Made by a program: the position numbers and the translations under genes
Shown here: positions 9,783-19,664 of the stretch, one piece after another
Position numbering within the stretch: position 1 is the stretch's first letter
Layout: every line of letters starts with the position of its first letter
Notes under the pieces: generated by a model
Database searches by the model: none
What the model was told of the DNA's origin: nothing
The model's input: the letters and a program-made list of their open reading frames with translations, nothing else
Assembly: GCA_965246715.1 (NCBI GenBank)
Contig: CBDFFH010000051.1
Location: 64,001-128,000 of the forward strand
Source: Chamaesiphon sp.
Lineage (GTDB): Bacteria > Cyanobacteriota > Cyanobacteriia > Cyanobacteriales > Chamaesiphonaceae
Direction: 5' to 3'
DNA length: 64,000 nt

Positions 9783-11648
9783 TTATCTAAATAGTCCACC
9801 ACCCAAAATATTCAGCAGACCATTAAATGGTGAAAGAATCGTGCTGAAACCATCGCCGATCCGGGTCAGATTATTCCGACCGATCACGATCGTGTCGTTA
9901 TTTTGCAGGCGTGGGTTATATTCGTTATCGATGCCTTTCGTAAAGTTGAGCTTGATTAAGCGTTTTGTAACCGTACCATTGGGATTTAGGCGAATAAAGT
10001 CCACCTCATTTTTATTGGCACGCACGTTATTAAAGCCACCAGCAATCAGGATAGCTTGATTGAGCGTTGTATTGGGTGGTACTTCAACTGTGCCTAATGC
10101 ACCTTTCCCAGCCTCACCGATCACATTAACTTTGATACTCACAGGTGAAAAGGTAGAAGATGCGATTAGTTCGACATCTTGGTTGCTACTGTTCTGGGCG
10201 AGCGGGATAAACAGGCGATCGCCTTCTTGGAGGATCATATCTTGGCTGGTATCCCCTTGCTGGAGCAGCTTAAACAGATTCAAGGCAATTTTTTGTTCGC
10301 CACTGCGGGTAGTCCGAATCAATTGAATTTGACGGATATCTGCTGTCGGTTTGATCCCTGCGGCTGCTTGAATTGCATTGGTGACGGTAGGCAGCGCCAG
10401 CGTTCCCGTGAGCTGCGTATTGTTATTAGTGGTGTTGCCCTCAGATCTCAATGTATAGGTACCGGGACGATTTACCTCGCCGACAACAACAACTTTTGGC
10501 GGATTGATTGCCTGTGGCCCCAAGTTGGAGGCAGTTACCAGACTGCTATTAGCTGTATTGATTTCAGTCAACGTGGGCAGCAAAATTGTATCGCCATCTT
10601 GGAGGATGATATCTTGACCGAAATCACCAGATCTTAACAAACTGATTAAATTGATCGGCACGACTTGACCTGGCCCCGTGCGGGTGTTGCGCCGTACTCG
10701 AATCCGCGTTAAATCGGCTGAGGCAGTGCTACCACCAGCGATTTTAATCGCTTCAGTTAGAGTCGGTGGATTGACGCGTCCGCCACCAGTAGCAGAACCA
10801 GTAGCATCCCCTTTGAGGGTATAAGTACCAGGTTTGCCAACCTCACCTAAGATGGCGACTTTGACAGTTGTATCCTGATTGGCTAGGTTAGAACCAGTCA
10901 GTCGCAAGCGATCGGACGTACTGACGTTCTCAGAGCGAGAGATATAAATCGTATCCCCGTCGCGTAAGGTGATGTCTTGAGAGGTGTTACCCCGTTGCAG
11001 GACATCAAACATATTGACCATCGCAATCTTGCCCGTAGCAGCGCGGCGCACCTGAACTTGACGTAAGTTGGCGGTTTGAGTGGTACCACCAGCTAGTTGG
11101 ATTGCTTGACTGATGCTGGGGAACTTCCGGTTATCGCCGGTAAATGGGACTGTATAAGATCCAGCGCGCGTGACTTCGCCAGCGATCGCAAATTGAACGG
11201 GACGAGGTGCCAGCACGCTAATTGTCACGATCGGACGCTTGACATATTTAGAGAAATAAGCCGTCAGCAAGCTGGAGGCTCTTTGAACTGTCATCCCCTG
11301 AATTGGAATCGCACCGATGACCGGAAGATTGATCGCACCATCTCCAAGTACATAAAATTCACCACTGTACTCAGGGACGTTGAAGATATCGACGCGCAAC
11401 CGATCTCCAGCCCCAAGGGTATAGGAGTCAGCAAAACTACTCGGGAGCGGAGCAGCGACCCTATTGACCTTTTTAGGGGCGATTTTGGCTTGAGTCTGCG
11501 GTGTCTTTGCCTTTGCTGGTGCCGCTAAACTACTTACAGGCAGATTGACGATCGTCATTACTGGCACCAAACCGAGGATGAGACCTTTATAGAGGCAAGT
11601 CCGCAAACTAGCAGTATTCATAGAAGATTTATATAGTTGTAATCGCAT
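9783..11648 (-). CDS. Polysaccharide export protein (Wza/KpsD-like; Poly_export plus repeated SLBB domains)
   Basis: YTLGAGDRLRVDIF, DGAINLPVIG, repeated GEVxxPGxY...LxDGDxI units. Confidence 0.9.
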   Translation of the reverse strand: MRLQLYKSSMNTASLRTCLYKGLILGLVPVMTIVNLPVSSLAAPAKAKTPQTQAKIAPKKVNRVAAPLPSSFADSYTLGAGDRLRVDIFNVPEYSGEFYVLGDGAINLPVIGAIPIQGMTVQRASSLLTAYFSKYVKRPIVTISVLAPRPVQFAIAGEVTRAGSYTVPFTGDNRKFPSISQAIQLAGGTTQTANLRQVQVRRAATGKIAMVNMFDVLQRGNTSQDITLRDGDTIYISRSENVSTSDRLRLTGSNLANQDTTVKVAILGEVGKPGTYTLKGDATGSATGGGRVNPPTLTEAIKIAGGSTASADLTRIRVRRNTRTGPGQVVPINLISLLRSGDFGQDIILQDGDTILLPTLTEINTANSSLVTASNLGPQAINPPKVVVVGEVNRPGTYTLRSEGNTTNNNTQLTGTLALPTVTNAIQAAAGIKPTADIRQIQLIRTTRSGEQKIALNLFKLLQQGDTSQDMILQEGDRLFIPLAQNSSNQDVELIASSTFSPVSIKVNVIGEAGKGALGTVEVPPNTTLNQAILIAGGFNNVRANKNEVDFIRLNPNGTVTKRLIKLNFTKGIDNEYNPRLQNNDTIVIGRNNLTRIGDGFSTILSPFNGLLNILGGGLFR

Positions 11649-12053
11649 CGGTGTTTAATAAACTAGTTTAGAGCTTAGAGCCTAGTTTTATCTTCAGTGT
11701 TTTATCGTACATCTCAATCAGTCTAGTGCCGATCGAGTGTACTCGATGAGAGCAGTAAGTAATTTGTGCATGGTAAACTTCACCTCGGACGATCTTGGGT
11801 AAGTTTTGTGTTACGCCAGAATCGTCAACTTAACAGTCACTTGGCTGAGCGTAATTTAATAGATCTGATGTTGCTTGACGACGTTTAGCTGCGATTTGAT
11901 GTTCCTCCGATCGCAATTTATGTTTCATTTACCGACAGTTGGCACTAGCTCCGATATAATTATGCCCAAACTGTAAACTAAAAAGTACTATTTGGAATAG
12001 ATGTCAGTAGGATTTTTAGCGTGTTAAATAGGCGATCGACGATCGGAAGTAAG

Positions 12054-12338
12054 ATGATGTCTCATGTATTAATCATTCATGAAGTGGCCGATTATGCCAT
12101 CTGGAAGGAAGTATTCGATGGAGCGGCAAACATCCGCAAAGCCGCTGGCGAGCGTTCTTACCAGGTGCTCGAATCTGCAGATCGACCCAATAAAATCGTA
12201 CATTTCTCAGTGTGGGCCTCGATCGATGCTGCCAAAACATTTTTTGAATCGCCTGAGTTAGTTAAAATAAGAGCGCAAGCTGGAGTTAAAGCACCAGAGT
12301 TTATTTATCTAAACGAGCTAGAGTCAGGCATATTGTAA
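12054..12338 (+). CDS. Antibiotic biosynthesis monooxygenase-like small protein
   Basis: HVLIIHEVADYAIWKEVFD...IRAQAGVKAPEFIYL; ATG at 12054. Confidence 0.72.
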   Translation: MMSHVLIIHEVADYAIWKEVFDGAANIRKAAGERSYQVLESADRPNKIVHFSVWASIDAAKTFFESPELVKIRAQAGVKAPEFIYLNELESGIL

Positions 12339-12355
12339 AATTTTGGCGTAAATTT

Positions 12356-12731
12356 ATGTCACAATCGATCGACCCACACAAGATTGTCATCTTCTCCGGT
12401 GCGGGAATTAGCGCTGAGAGTGGACTGGCAACCTTTCGGGATAATAATGGCTTGTGGAATCGATATAACATTAACGTGAGTTCGGTTTAAGGATTTTCGC
12501 TTAATGGCTCCTAGCTTTGTTTATGCACCGCCCTCAAATGAATTTGGGGCTAATAGTGAAAGTCCATTGAAATGGACTGATTAAAAACATGCAGTTCTCT
12601 GAAGAGAACTTTTGTTATTAGCCCGAACTTCTAGTTCAGGGCGGTGTTGGAACGCAGCAAATCGAGTTTCCTTATCCCGAACTCACGTTAACATTAGTGA
12701 AGTCGCTACATCAACTGAGTGGGAATCCAAC
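12356..12731 (+). pseudogene. cobB: Sir2/CobB NAD-dependent deacylase 5' remnant interrupted by a MITE
   Basis: Removing the MITE and one TSD copy gives MSQSIDPHKIVIFSGAGISAESGLATFRDNNGLWNRYNISEVATSTEWESN, the sirtuin GAGISAESGxxTFR..GLW signature; similarity then ends. Confidence 0.8.
12474..12688. mobile_element. 215-bp MITE with IS982-type termini
   Basis: TIRs ACGTGAGTTCGGTTTAAGGA / TCCTTATCCCGAACTCACGT; 8-bp TSD TAACATTA on both sides. Confidence 0.9.
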
Positions 12732-12769
12732 TATGTCACAATAGATTTACTCATCCGATCGAAATCTGC

Positions 12770-14002
12770 ATGCTGCCTAGCGATTTACTCATCTATCGAT
12801 ATAGTGGTGAATCCATCGTCCCCAAACGCATCGACATCGACGCGCATCATCTTCAGATGACGATGGCAAATATCGATTGTTTTCAGTCGATGGTTGGTGG
12901 TACTCAAGGCCAGTTAGACGAGATGCTGTTGGAATTAGAAGGTGATAGTCCCGATTTTCGGATCCTACGTGGGTTCGCCCATTTGCTCAAAAGTCAAACT
13001 TTCAGTCAATTTGAGGTTGTCAGCCCCCTCCCGCCGTCAGACCTCCGCGAGCGCGTTTATGCCCTCGCTGCCTCTGCTAGCCCCAGCGTAGCCCACACTC
13101 AGGCGATATTAGCAACTCTCGCTAGCAATCTCTCGCAAGAATTAAGTCAAGAAATCATTCCCGCCCAGATTACGCAAGGATTGTATGCGGATTTACCGGA
13201 CAACCGGATTTTAACGACATTTACTGCACCCGATCCAGTGGCGCTAATTCACCGCTACAATCTCTCTCAAGTTCAGGGCGTATTTTATCGTGCGAGCCAA
13301 TTAACTATTAATGCCCATCGGAATGTGCCGGGACAATATAAGTTGTTATTTCGGTATTTGAAATTGTTTCAATTGATGACCTATATCGAAGGCGATGCCG
13401 ACCATGGATTTACAATTTTAGTCGATGGGCCGACGAGTTTATTTAAGGCAAGTACGCGATATGGACTAGCGATCGCCAAATTAATTCCAGCGATTTTACA
13501 TGTAACTAAATGGAGCTTGAGCGCCACACTTCAAACTAAAGATTTTTACACGGGTAATATTAAAGTCGGGCGTTATAGTCTGACCGATAAATGTGGGCTA
13601 GAAACGCACTATCCGCCTGGTAAATCCTATGATAGTATGCTCGAAGCTGCTTTTGCCGATCGCTGGGACAAGCTCAAAACCGAATGGGTATTGGAGCGAG
13701 AAGTAAATTTACTACCGATTCCTGGGAGTGTGATGATTCCCGATTTTCGGTTGGTTCATCCTGACGGACGCGATTATATTTTAGAAATTGTCGGTTATTG
13801 GCGACCGGAATATTTACAGAAAAAATTTGCTCAAGTACGTAAATCCGGCTGTCAAAATCTCATTTTAGCCATCTCCGAACGCTTGAATTTAGAAAAGGCT
13901 GGAGTCAAAACATCAGATTTACCCTGCGAGGTAATTTGGTTTAAAGATAAATTACTACCCAAATCGGTATTGGAAATACTCGATCGCGATCTAGCTAAAT
14001 GA
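12770..14002 (+). CDS. DUF790 family predicted endonuclease (Bax1-like)
   Basis: MLPSDLL start, LYADL, RYNLSQVQG, DGPTSLF..STRYG, IPDF and LEIVGYW motifs. Confidence 0.85.
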   Translation: MLPSDLLIYRYSGESIVPKRIDIDAHHLQMTMANIDCFQSMVGGTQGQLDEMLLELEGDSPDFRILRGFAHLLKSQTFSQFEVVSPLPPSDLRERVYALAASASPSVAHTQAILATLASNLSQELSQEIIPAQITQGLYADLPDNRILTTFTAPDPVALIHRYNLSQVQGVFYRASQLTINAHRNVPGQYKLLFRYLKLFQLMTYIEGDADHGFTILVDGPTSLFKASTRYGLAIAKLIPAILHVTKWSLSATLQTKDFYTGNIKVGRYSLTDKCGLETHYPPGKSYDSMLEAAFADRWDKLKTEWVLEREVNLLPIPGSVMIPDFRLVHPDGRDYILEIVGYWRPEYLQKKFAQVRKSGCQNLILAISERLNLEKAGVKTSDLPCEVIWFKDKLLPKSVLEILDRDLAK

Positions 14003-14021
14003 ACTAACGAGTAAGTGAGTG

Positions 14022-14378
14022 TTAGTGATTCCACCGCCAGTGAATTTCGTTATTATCTGAAAATATCGGAACTTGAATATTCTGTCGATCTCTTTTTTCA
14101 TCTTGTAACCACCATCGATCGGATTCAATGAAGTTGAGAAACTGTAGCTCGTCGTGTTCTGCATTAAAATCGATCTGCTTTCGATTGTAATCTAATTCTT
14201 CGTCGCATGACGCGATCGAGTAAGTGATGTATTTCAGGATTTTTTGAATTTTAATTGAATATCGATCGTCTATGGTGAGACGATAAGAACCACACACGTC
14301 AAGAAAATCAGAAGACTCTGTAATAACTTCAGCTAATTTAATATCTCCAAAATATAATTGATATATAGGTAACCTCAT
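14022..14378 (-). CDS. Hypothetical protein, AT-rich
   Basis: 118-aa ATG ORF; no recognised motif. Confidence 0.6.
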   Translation of the reverse strand: MRLPIYQLYFGDIKLAEVITESSDFLDVCGSYRLTIDDRYSIKIQKILKYITYSIASCDEELDYNRKQIDFNAEHDELQFLNFIESDRWWLQDEKRDRQNIQVPIFSDNNEIHWRWNH

Positions 14379-14390
14379 AATAAAAAAATA

Positions 14391-14504
14391 TTACTGTGGG
14401 CGATTGAATAGAAATTCAGTCACCCGATTTTGGTGAGTTTGTAATCCACGGATATCGTCAGACATATCGATGAGTCGGAGATCGACACCGTTAAGACCAG
14501 ACAT
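14391..14504 (-). CDS. Small ORF or gene remnant (37 aa)
   Basis: MSGLNGVDLRLIDMSDDIRGLQTHQNRVTEFLFNRPQ*; fills the gap between cobK and the next co-oriented gene. Confidence 0.4.
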   Translation of the reverse strand: MSGLNGVDLRLIDMSDDIRGLQTHQNRVTEFLFNRPQ

Positions 14505-14541
14505 GTTTTCTTTCAAGCGCGACAATAATATTTTAAACTAA

Positions 14542-15282
14542 CTAAAGTCGTTCGTGTAACCAAGCGACCGCTCGCGAAATATCAGCAGCACGATCGCAGG
14601 CTGGGACGATCGGACGTTGTACCATTATCACGGGTATATTTAACTCCCGCGCGGCAATAATTTTGGCATAAGTGGCATCACCACCGCTATTTTTACTCAC
14701 GATCGCCTGAATTTGATAATCTTGCAATAGTTGCCGCTCGCTCTCCAAACAAAACGGCCCGCGATCGAGTAATAATTTTCCTGGTGGTAACACAATCTCT
14801 GGATCTGGTGGATCGATCGATCGGATCAAACACCACCGATCTGTCAACTGTGCAAATGGCGCGAGTTGCTGTCTGCCAATCGTCACAAATATTCGCTCTA
14901 CAGTCCCTGGAATCGCTGTTACGGCTCGCGCTACGCTATCAACTTCAATCCAGTCATCTGAGGGTAGTCGTTCCCAATCAGGGCGAACGAGCATCAGATG
15001 CGGAACCCCCACCACCACTGCTGCTTGCGCCGCATTCCAAGAGATTCGGGCAGCAAAGGGATGGGTAGCATCGATCGTCAGATCGATCTTCATTGTTTGG
15101 AGGTATTCGGTCAGACCGATCTCACCGCCAAAGCCACCAACTCTCACAGTCCCAGCTACTGCCCCTGGCTTGCTAGTTCTCCCCGCCAATGCGGTAATCG
15201 TTTCTAGCCCAATGATATCCGCTGTGCAAGCGGCGAGCTTCGTGGCATCGCCTGTCCCGCCTAAAATTAACAATCGTTTCAT
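14542..15282 (-). CDS. cobK: Precorrin-6A/cobalt-precorrin-6A reductase
   Basis: LILGGTGDA, VGGFGG, IDATHPFA, VSKNSGG, KIIAARELNIPVIMVQRP. Confidence 0.93.
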   Translation of the reverse strand: MKRLLILGGTGDATKLAACTADIIGLETITALAGRTSKPGAVAGTVRVGGFGGEIGLTEYLQTMKIDLTIDATHPFAARISWNAAQAAVVVGVPHLMLVRPDWERLPSDDWIEVDSVARAVTAIPGTVERIFVTIGRQQLAPFAQLTDRWCLIRSIDPPDPEIVLPPGKLLLDRGPFCLESERQLLQDYQIQAIVSKNSGGDATYAKIIAARELNIPVIMVQRPIVPACDRAADISRAVAWLHERL

Positions 15283-15460
15283 CGCCCACCGAACGGGATC
15301 GAGCGATCGAGTCCCTGTGTATTTTTTGTTAGCATTATGTAGTTAAATTTTACTTGCAGTAGCTGAATCATTACGATCCCAACAACCAGCACTATTTTGG
15401 TCTGGGGAGATGAGAAATCGATAATAATGAGTAGGTTAACATTTGTTTGGAGAAAATCCC

Positions 15461-15946
15461 ATGACGGCTACTGTATATGATTTTTCGGCTACCAGTATTG
15501 AAGGTCAAACTGTTGAGATGAGTAGTTATCGCGACCAGGTATTATTAATCGTTAACACCGCGAGTCAATGTGGCTTTACATCACAATATCAGGGACTACA
15601 AGCTTTGTATGACAAATATGCCAGCCAGGGATTGGTAGTATTGGGGTTTCCCTGCAATCAATTTGGCGCACAAGAACCAGGCACGACAACGACAATTCAA
15701 TCTTTTTGCCAGCAGCGATTTGGGGTGTCTTTTCCGCTGTTTGAAAAAATCGATGTTAATGGCTCAAATGCTCATCCGCTCTATCAGTTTTTGACCAAAG
15801 CCGCTCCAGGACTGCTCGGGACGGAAGGAATCAAATGGAATTTTACCAAATTTTTGGTAGATGGTAATGGCAAGGTCGTCAAACGATATGCCTCGGCAAC
15901 CGATCCCAAAGATATCGCGAGCGATATCGAAGAACTTTTAAAATAG
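15461..15946 (+). CDS. gpx: Glutathione peroxidase family protein
   Basis: LIVNTASQCGFT, GFPCNQFG, IKWNFTKFLV. Confidence 0.95.
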   Translation: MTATVYDFSATSIEGQTVEMSSYRDQVLLIVNTASQCGFTSQYQGLQALYDKYASQGLVVLGFPCNQFGAQEPGTTTTIQSFCQQRFGVSFPLFEKIDVNGSNAHPLYQFLTKAAPGLLGTEGIKWNFTKFLVDGNGKVVKRYASATDPKDIASDIEELLK

Positions 15947-16162
15947 GATACATACAAGGGGCACCCCCACATAATTAAATCTGTAAGGTTGCCCCTGATA
16001 TAAATTGGAACGAGATCTAAATAAAATAATCGATCTCAGATCGAAAATGTGCCGAAGTTGCACGACCTAGCCACAGCGGTTCGCCATCGAATGAGGTACA
16101 TTCACTAGTTACCAGCCACTAAATAATGTCCTTCACTATGATAAAAACAGCTATATCGCTTG

Positions 16163-16492
16163 CTATTTTTTAGTAATACGGTCAACTTTGATTCCTTTGG
16201 CCTCTTGCTTGAGTAAATCTTCTTGAGCTTTTTCTTCTTTATTTTCGGCCTTGATTAAAGCTTTAGGATCTTTGTTTAGCTCTGCAACTTCATCATAGGC
16301 TTGCTCGCGAGTTGCGGCGGGGTTTGTCAATTCAAAAGGTTGAATCACCTCTTCAGCGCCTTTGCCTAGTGTTGGCGCTGCATATCCATACTGAGGGACA
16401 AACGAATTTATTACCAATATTAAAGCCGCGAAACTAACAATCCGTAAGCTGACGATCGATAAGTACTTAATTGCGCTAAATATTTTGCCCAT
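16163..16492 (-). CDS. Hypothetical exported/membrane protein
   Basis: ATG 16492 after a GGGGAG RBS; hydrophobic N-terminus ending in AxA-like site, charged tail. Confidence 0.65.
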   Translation of the reverse strand: MGKIFSAIKYLSIVSLRIVSFAALILVINSFVPQYGYAAPTLGKGAEEVIQPFELTNPAATREQAYDEVAELNKDPKALIKAENKEEKAQEDLLKQEAKGIKVDRITKK

Positions 16493-16751
16493 GAGCCACT
16501 CCCCTAAATATTGACTAAGTGATATAAAATTAAAAGCTTTAAAAGTTTTAGTTTTCCAAACCTTACTCGTAGCCTTTAGTTTCACACTAGCACTTAGTTT
16601 GGTAGCGAACTTCTATCAAAAGATGGATTTCAATTGACCTTAAGCAGACATCTTCCAGTGCGATCGAGTGGTGGCTTTAATATTCTTTAATAAAAAATTT
16701 GCCAGTAACCGTAATTAGCGTAGGTGGATATCGTAATTTAGACAGCAGCGA

Positions 16752-16797
16752 AAGCGCTCGAGTCGACCACTTTTAATCGTAGTCGGCTCGAGCGCTT
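16752..16797 (-). terminator. Hairpin downstream of hli
   Basis: AAGCGCTCGAGTCGAC...GTCGGCTCGAGCGCTT inverted repeat. Confidence 0.6.
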
Positions 16798-16840
16798 GCC
16801 GTAATTATTGGGGTTTAGATAGCAACAGCGGCTAGCTAGA

Positions 16841-17026
16841 CTACATCAATCCCCAAAAATGTAGAACGCCCTGACCGGAAGCAAACTCAGTGATTAGAGC
16901 CGCAACAAATCCTAACATTGCAAATCGACCGTTCCAGATTTCGGCTTGAGGGGTAAATCCCCATACCCAAGCGTTACGATCTTTGATGGGAGTGGAAGCG
17001 GATGGTACTTTTGTAGATACAGACAT
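16841..17026 (-). CDS. hli: High-light-inducible protein (one-helix CAB/ELIP/HLIP)
   Basis: [22 protein letters not shown] 17026 with GGAG RBS. Confidence 0.93.
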   Translation of the reverse strand: MSVSTKVPSASTPIKDRNAWVWGFTPQAEIWNGRFAMLGFVAALITEFASGQGVLHFWGLM

Positions 17027-17530
17027 GCTAAATACTCCAAAATTTATGAATATAAGAACTCGATCTATCCTGAATGAGAATAAATTATTCCCGATTGAGA
17101 GTAAGGTTTGATTCAGATGAGATCTGCACCCGGCCTTCACTCATGATTCAGTATTTATCGATACATTATTTGTAAAGCGATCGATAATCTACTTACTACA
17201 TAATCTGAGATTCAAGATTTCAGTTTGGCAACTGTTTGGCAAATCCTTAACCTCATGCATTTAATATAACAGCGCGCATCTATGCAAACTTCTGTCGAAA
17301 GATAGATTTAAATTAACAATTCTTCAAATTAGCTTAATTTTAGTTAACAGCGATGACAATCTTACAACCGATCGAGCTGCATGGCCTAAATAACCTCAGT
17401 TCGGGATCGGGATTTCCGATTAATGACTCCTAGCTTCGTTTCGGAACCACCCCCACACAATAACTCCAAACCCACAAATCGATTCCCATTGCGGAGGTAA
17501 TGCGGAGCGCGTTAGGCTGCAAACTAATTA

Positions 17531-17630
17531 ACCCTTGTGCAGGGGAGTTTGAGGGGCGGCACTCCGCCCTTCAACGGGGGGTCTGGGGGAAGCCTCCCCC
17601 AGATCCGGGTTTTACAACACCAATAACTTA
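17531..17630. repeat. GC-rich double-hairpin dispersed-repeat-like element
   Basis: GAGGGGCGG-cact-CCGCCCTTC and CTGGGGGA-agcc-TCCCCCAG hairpins in an AT-rich intergenic region. Confidence 0.5.
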
Positions 17631-17996
17631 AGATCGAGCACCAGTCCAAGAATGGTCTAAAAGGGAATAATGTTGGCTTGAATCTTGGCAGAAAGTGGGA
17701 TTTTGCGGCTCTCCCGATCGATAGATTCTCATCACCCACAGTGATTATTGACATCGAGGTTGAAAATTGCGGCTAAACCATTAGCGTTGATGTGTCGATC
17801 GAGCAGTCAGGCGATTGCAACCAGCTTCGAGCGGAGGACTTCAACTCTGATTACTAAATTTATACATCGCGAACTATATACTTTAGACGTAGAGAAAAAC
17901 AGCAGATGTTCTTCCTTTTAATAGATTACTAACTGTATAGCAATCCCATAGTATCGGTGGTATGCACGATTGTTTAGTAGTAAACCACCGATAATT

Positions 17997-18545
17997 ATGA
18001 CCAACTATAATCGCCCACCAGGAGATCGAGACGAAGAAGTGCGATACGAGCGCGAACGCGCTGCCGAAAATGGCGGTACGGCTAATGGGCTAGCGATTGG
18101 TGGCACTCTAGCTGCCTTACTGGGACTGGGAGCAGCAGCTTTATATTATTGGAGCCGACCCACCCCAACTCCGTCATCGACAACCATCATCAATCCTCCA
18201 GCTAGTTCTGTACCTGCAGCTTCGACAGCACCTCAATCCCCGCAACCAACTAGGATTATCGAGCGGACTGTTGAAAAAGCAGCACCACCGCCAAAGGTAA
18301 TTCAAGTTACCAAACCAGTCATCGTACCTGGTGCTACGAAGACGATCGAAGTTCAAAAGCCGGTCTTGGTTCCCGATCCGACGAAAACGACCGCAGTTCA
18401 ACAGCCTGCCACACCTTCTAGCTCAGCACCATCAGTTGCTCCTAGTCCGAGTGCGACACCTTCGCCTACTGCAAGTCAAAGTCCCGCTCCGAGCGATTCG
18501 CCGTCATCGACTTCCCCCAGCAATGGGACGAATAACTCCAACTAA
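17997..18545 (+). CDS. Single-TM protein with Pro/Ser/Thr-rich tail
   Basis: TM LAIGGTLAALLGLGAAALYYW followed by low-complexity PST region. Confidence 0.8.
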   Translation: MTNYNRPPGDRDEEVRYERERAAENGGTANGLAIGGTLAALLGLGAAALYYWSRPTPTPSSTTIINPPASSVPAASTAPQSPQPTRIIERTVEKAAPPPKVIQVTKPVIVPGATKTIEVQKPVLVPDPTKTTAVQQPATPSSSAPSVAPSPSATPSPTASQSPAPSDSPSSTSPSNGTNNSN

Positions 18546-18667
18546 GTCTAATTTGTCGGGTGCATTTACCATTTTCCGCGTTCGCCGACTACTTCCACGG
18601 TGAGAATAATCGATCGAACTAGATAAAACAGCATGCAGTTACCATTCCTCTACTATATTTATAGGAG

Positions 18668-18925
18668 TTGCCTATGCCTGGACAAATGTGTTGGCTAAAT
18701 AAGTTCGGTTCCGAGCACAAAGTTTTGCACCTCCGCTTGCAAGCACATCATCCCTGGAAACTTTACAATCTGATGCCAGGAGTGGCGGTGCCTGATTACA
18801 ATGTTCCTGGCGGTTCCAAGGGCATGGCTACTTTTCACGCACTCAACAAAGCCGGTTGGCAGATCGTCGCCACTCAAGATGCCTACAGATCGACAATTGA
18901 TAACTCCGAACAGGAAGCCGCTTGA
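18668..18925 (+). CDS. Small hypothetical protein
   Basis: AGGAG RBS; VPDYNVPGGSKG...KAGW motif; start may be ATG 18674. Confidence 0.7.
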   Translation: MPMPGQMCWLNKFGSEHKVLHLRLQAHHPWKLYNLMPGVAVPDYNVPGGSKGMATFHALNKAGWQIVATQDAYRSTIDNSEQEAA

Positions 18926-19087
18926 TTACCAATCGGAATCTAGCAACATTGGATTGAGGCTGCGATTGCACAACGGCTCCGCCCAAGATTTACCCGAATA
19001 ACCCAGAAAACGATCGCGCTTTTAGCTGCTTTACAGATCGATAGTTGGCTGCGGGGTCAACTTTTCTAGCTAGAATACTCTATTTTT

Positions 19088-19591
19088 ATGACATCTACGC
19101 CATCTTTGCCATCACAGCCGACCACGAAAAGACCTGTAAAAGAAAAACTTCGCATTATTTTAGCGATTTGCATCATTATCGTCGGCATCATGCATTTTGC
19201 CGTAGCCGATCCTTTTATCAAGATCGTGCCGCCCTACCTGCCCTACCATCGGGAATTGGTATATATTAGCGGGTTCTTTGAAATATTAGGTGGGATCGGA
19301 GTTTTAGTTCCGCCAGTGAGTCAAGCTGCGGCTTGGGGACTATTATTACTATTTATCGCTGTATTTCCCGCTAATATTAATATGGCGGTCAACGCGATCG
19401 ATCTGCCACATATTCCCGATTCATCGTTGTTCCGCTGGGGACGACTGCCATTTCAAGCGGTGCTAATTGCCTGGGCTTGGTGGTACACTCGACCAGATGA
19501 CTTGGCTCGACAAGCATCGATCGTGCCACAGCATTTGGTGGAGTCTTTAACGACAACAGAACTATCCACAACCAAAGAGCCGCAACGTTAG
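19088..19591 (+). CDS. DoxX-like membrane protein
   Basis: GIMHF, LVYISGFFEILGG, AVFPANINMA, RLPFQ. Confidence 0.82.
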   Translation: MTSTPSLPSQPTTKRPVKEKLRIILAICIIIVGIMHFAVADPFIKIVPPYLPYHRELVYISGFFEILGGIGVLVPPVSQAAAWGLLLLFIAVFPANINMAVNAIDLPHIPDSSLFRWGRLPFQAVLIAWAWWYTRPDDLARQASIVPQHLVESLTTTELSTTKEPQR

Positions 19592-19664
19592 AACCGATAG
19601 CGAGATCGAGTTTTGGGAGCGATTGTGTTCAGTTGGTGTTTTCCAATTTGATTTATCTTAATTA

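Noticed and set aside
12395..12462. TPP riboswitch-like text (GCTGAGAG...ACCT..GGATAAT)
   Set aside because: Pairing elements are missing; the sequence is better explained as sirtuin codons (GAGISAESG...TFRD)
14542..15946. Functional link between cobK and the BtuE-like glutathione peroxidase
   Set aside because: Genes are divergent and BtuE-type peroxidases are not known to act in B12 metabolism; adjacency alone is insufficient
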